A stretch of 64,000 nt of DNA from Balanoglossus misakiensis (Eukaryota > Animalia > Hemichordata), in the NCBI GenBank assembly GCA_040954595.2, contig CM082584.2, forward strand, positions 5,150,110-5,214,109, given 5' to 3'. This document shows, one piece after another, positions 60,061-64,000 of the stretch; the first letter of the stretch is position 1; every line of letters begins with the position of its first letter. The notes below the pieces were generated by a model that made no database searches, was not told the origin of the DNA, and saw nothing but the letters and a program-made list of their open reading frames with translations. Made by a program: the position numbers and the translations under genes.

Positions 60061-63000
60061 ATGAGTCTTTCGGTCAATCTCAATAAATTACCGACATATG
60101 TCAAAGAATCAGCATACTTCCAAAAACAGGAGGACAAGCCCAGTAGCAAATCGCCAACTGGTGCCCTGCCTTTACGATTTCCATTAACAAGGAATATCTT
60201 ATGGTGAGTACATGCTCAGCTCATTGCAGCTTTCTTCCAGCAATCTCAAATATCGAACTGTATCATCACCTAACAGTGTTGATCAAATCATATTTTGCAG
60301 CACACTGACTAAACAAAGGTTTTGACAATAAGTTGACAGTGCAATAGCGTTAATAAATGGATAGTAATAGTGTTCATAGACTTTGTAGATTATGATAATT
60401 ATCATACATCATATTTCAGTATTCTGCAACTGTGAAATTAAATTTTGATTTTTTACATGAACAGTTTTTCTCAGACCACATCTTCTCAGATTGAATTGTT
60501 AAGTGATAGATCTTTACATGTAGTTTTAATTTCTTTCTTCTCTTTGATTTTCAGGAATAGATCACAGACTGGACCTTCTTGCTGTATTCATCTTACACAG
60601 AAAAGGTAAATTGTGCTCATCACTCATTATTCATTTGAAGTATAGATTTTAAAAAGAACCAATAAATTAGCTTTAGAAAACACAGATGCTAGTTTTGTAT
60701 GGGTGCTTATTGATTTAAATTGTCAGTCACACATTTCCTATATCACTATATTAGAAAGTTTGATAATTATAGTAATAATCAAATTCTTGGAGACACTTGA
60801 AATGTCCAGGTAGTTCATTTGATTCTCAAATAGAAGGAGGTTGTATTGTCCAACATTGCATGTGATCCATAGACAACACACATGGTACCCAACCTATAGG
60901 AGAGGATTAGAAATTACAAATTGTGCACTGTGTTAAATATGGTCTGCATGGAAATTTTGTTGGAGAAATGTTGTTGTAAAAGAAAGTAATACGGCTGAAT
61001 TTCTGACAGAATCCATACTATGTACTTTAATTTCAGAAATATCAGTTTACATTTACTTGAGAAGACTTTACAACTGGCTCATCGTCATGCAAAACAGTCG
61101 GGCAAAATCCCCTACAGTTGTTTCCTCATAGCATCAGTCAATATCAATTCAGGTAAGGATAATTTGATTGTGTATGTAGTGGTGTTCTGTAAGTGTGCTC
61201 ATAAAGTAACACTGTTCTCAGTTTGAGGTTATAAGCATTGGTAACTAAAAAAATGCACTTGATTTCTGTTTCTGAACTCGGTTTATGATCTCTGCCTTGG
61301 TTTCAGTCTGTGTGAACATCACTTACCATCCTTTCGAACTGATAACGAACATTGATCTGAAAATTATCGCACTCCTGTAATTAGGCAAACAACTTGAACA
61401 GCCAATTATAGCAGTATGGTATTGTTGATTGTTGTTGTAACATGTCGCTTTGTGTCGCATTTGTAGGGGATGGTGTTACTGTTAGCGTGGACCGTTTCGA
61501 TCCCGGGCGTGATTTACCTGGTAGACCAGGCAGAGTGCCTACTGCACAGTTGCCTGGCGACCATATCATCCCCCTAGCAACTACACTGAATCCTCAGTGC
61601 CTTGCATCATCCTCAGCTGAACAGTTCACTGCTATGTGTAAGGTAAGTCTTGTTCAATATCATCATATCTCAGTGTGGGTAAGCGTTTATAAAAATTTAC
61701 TCGTCAAAATGAATAATTGTTCAAAGATCTATACATTTCCAGTTGCACGTCAACTGGAAATTTGATTAACCAACATGACTGAGTCTGACATCATTTGATA
61801 TCAAAGAGTTTGGTTCCACCTGGCCATTCTAATTAGACACTTTTCTTCAGATATGATCAGATGTTTTTTTATTAAATCTGATGAGATAAGTAAAATAATT
61901 TTATTGTTTCATCTGTTTTATTACAGTTATTGCATCATCACTGCAGCAGTAAAGAATCGATAGACATCAACAAACTCCTCTCTCTCCAAATATTCTGCTG
62001 TTGCTATGACAACGACAATGATGTGACCTTCAATCTCCAAGTTGTTGGTGTGACCATGGCAACAGAATTTGATGCAGTACCTATCACGCCAATCCCCATC
62101 ATCCCCACAGCTCTGGCACGAAATCTGTCCGGTCCAATGAGTCTCAGCGATGTACAAGGCACTCCAAAGTCAGGGTGAGTCAACATAAGAGTAATTTGTA
62201 TGTGCCACTGGTCAAATTTCTATCCTCAGTCTATGTCTGCACTGATGTATGGGTAACCATGAGTTTGGGGAAATCTTTGAGTAAGGGAAAGTGAAAGAAA
62301 AATGACCCATTGAACATCAATCTCATTAACACACTAGGATGTATTTTGTAAACATAAATTGTAACGTTAATTTATTTTATATTTCAGATACATCACTATG
62401 GATCAAACTCGAAAGTTGTTGCTTTTGCTGGAATCTGATCCCAAGGTCTACAATTTACCCTTAATTGGAATGTAAGTACCTCAACAGATTTCAGTGATTC
62501 AGTTCAAAGTAAATGCATAACACTTGCCAAGTGCCGATATACCTGCCAAGTGTGTAGAACATTGACATTTCTCCCTGACAAAACACAACATCTTATTTTT
62601 CAGTTGGTTGAGTGGTGTGGTCAGCATTGAGAATCCCTATGTTTGGGCTAGCTGTCTTCGATACATGTTCAACAGCAGTATTCAAGAGAGGTACAGTTGT
62701 TTTATTTTCAACTTCACATCCAGTCTTCACACTGATTTTGTTCTTGACACATATTACATTATCTTCCTATTAAACATCTCTGATGCAGAGAATGAGTTAA
62801 ACTCCACCTACCAATGATTCAGTAAGCTAAATAAAATAGCAATGTATGTTCTGATTGTGTTCCATTTGTGATTTTCAGAGTGTGCAGTGCCTCTCAAGGA
62901 TTCCTGCTTGTCTTGTATTCACCAACTCACCTCAATCCAGAGTTTTATGAATGCAAGGCCAGGGATGACAAGCTTAGGTTCCAGCTTCATACGTGTGAAG

Positions 63001-64000
63001 AAAATCTGCATATGTTCAAGGTATGCATCTGATTCTGTGGTGTTTTTAATGTTTTATACACTTGTAAGGATGTGTCTGGTATTAGAAGAAGTTTTGACAA
63101 GATTATTTTGACAATGTAATCTAGATTCACAGCAGAACAAAAGGACAGATGAAGTCACAACCGTATTTCAGAATAACCACAGTAGTATTAAAAAAATATA
63201 ATAGGGGGGTATAAACTGTTCTGTTAAAATGTCCCAATGTGATTCCTGTATGCACTAAATATACACTTAACAATGTTTATTCTGATTTGATGAAAAACAT
63301 CACCGAGCATCTTCAATTCGGGCATTGCCAGTTCCGAGCCAACTAGATAATTCCTATCAGTATTACCATGTATTGAATTGTTGTATTCTGTATTTTTTTC
63401 TCCACAAAGCATGGTGATTCTCGTTCAAGACCTCCCACACAACTTGAGTTACAACAAGCCAGTGATGGTCTTCATCGATCCATCTTCACCCAGGCTATCA
63501 AACAAATGCCTCAGATAGAGTAAGTTGCATCTCACATTTCTTGTAATTATCTAATTTCTGATAGACACTATGTCCAAATTTATTATGCCAATCTGCTTGA
63601 CTATTGATTTTGTTGGTTGTTTATAACATCAAAATTCCCAAACTGATATGCCTTGTAGACATGGGTTTCAGTGCCCGAAAGATATTTGTAAGTGTAACAA
63701 AGTTCTACAGCTTTGAGTTAACAGTGCTTACAGTAATCTTTGAGTCAAATACATGTATGTATGATAAAAGATAATCAAATGTGAATTTAAAAATATAACT
63801 GTAAAATATTATGGTACCCAATTGTATATGTATGATGGAGCACAAGCAATGTTGATCGTATGTTACGAAAAGATGAGTTTTGTACAAAATGACTGATACT
63901 GAGATGGCTGTATTTTTGATTTGTACTTTCAGGTCCAGTCCAGCTCTACCTCCAGAGATCCAGTTACAAAGAATGTTTCCTGGAAATGCCAATAATTCCA
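60061..64000 (+). CDS. STIL: SCL/TAL1-interrupting locus centriole protein; N-terminal domain, continues beyond the window
   Basis: Exons 60061-60203, 60555-60605, 61037-61151 ([13 protein letters not shown]), 61468-61642 (VDRFDPGR...LPGD), 61927-62174, 62388-62471 ([26 protein letters not shown]), 62604-62691 (WLSGV...VWASCLRY), 62879-63019 (PEFYEC), 63410-63519, 63933 to end. Confidence 0.93.

Overview
This is intron-rich, AT-rich animal genomic DNA, most likely a marine invertebrate and possibly a non-vertebrate deuterostome (inferred from gene content and repeats). It is not prokaryotic, and most ORF-track entries are exon fragments or noise. Six spliced genes were reconstructed by eye as three head-to-head pairs: TUT4/7 (-, 3' end beyond window) with SRSF11/SREK1 (+); cystathionine gamma-lyase CTH (-) with HSD11B1L (+); and a Tie-like Ig/EGF/FN3 gene (-) with STIL (+, 3' end beyond window). 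Introns carry several MITE families, a tRNA-derived SINE and microsatellites. The main observations: (1) CTH has two paralogous first coding exons, each with an in-frame N-terminal extension, one resembling a mitochondrial presequence. (2) The Tie-like gene has a duplicated ectodomain module and apparently no transmembrane, kinase or phosphatase domain, so it may be a secreted decoy; one exon pair looks homogenised by gene conversion. (3) The SR gene has a duplicated 45-nt exon end giving tandem splice donors, plus a duplicated 36-nt candidate micro-exon. (4) The gene set matches human 1p31-34 and its paralogons. All exon boundaries are manual reads without transcript support.
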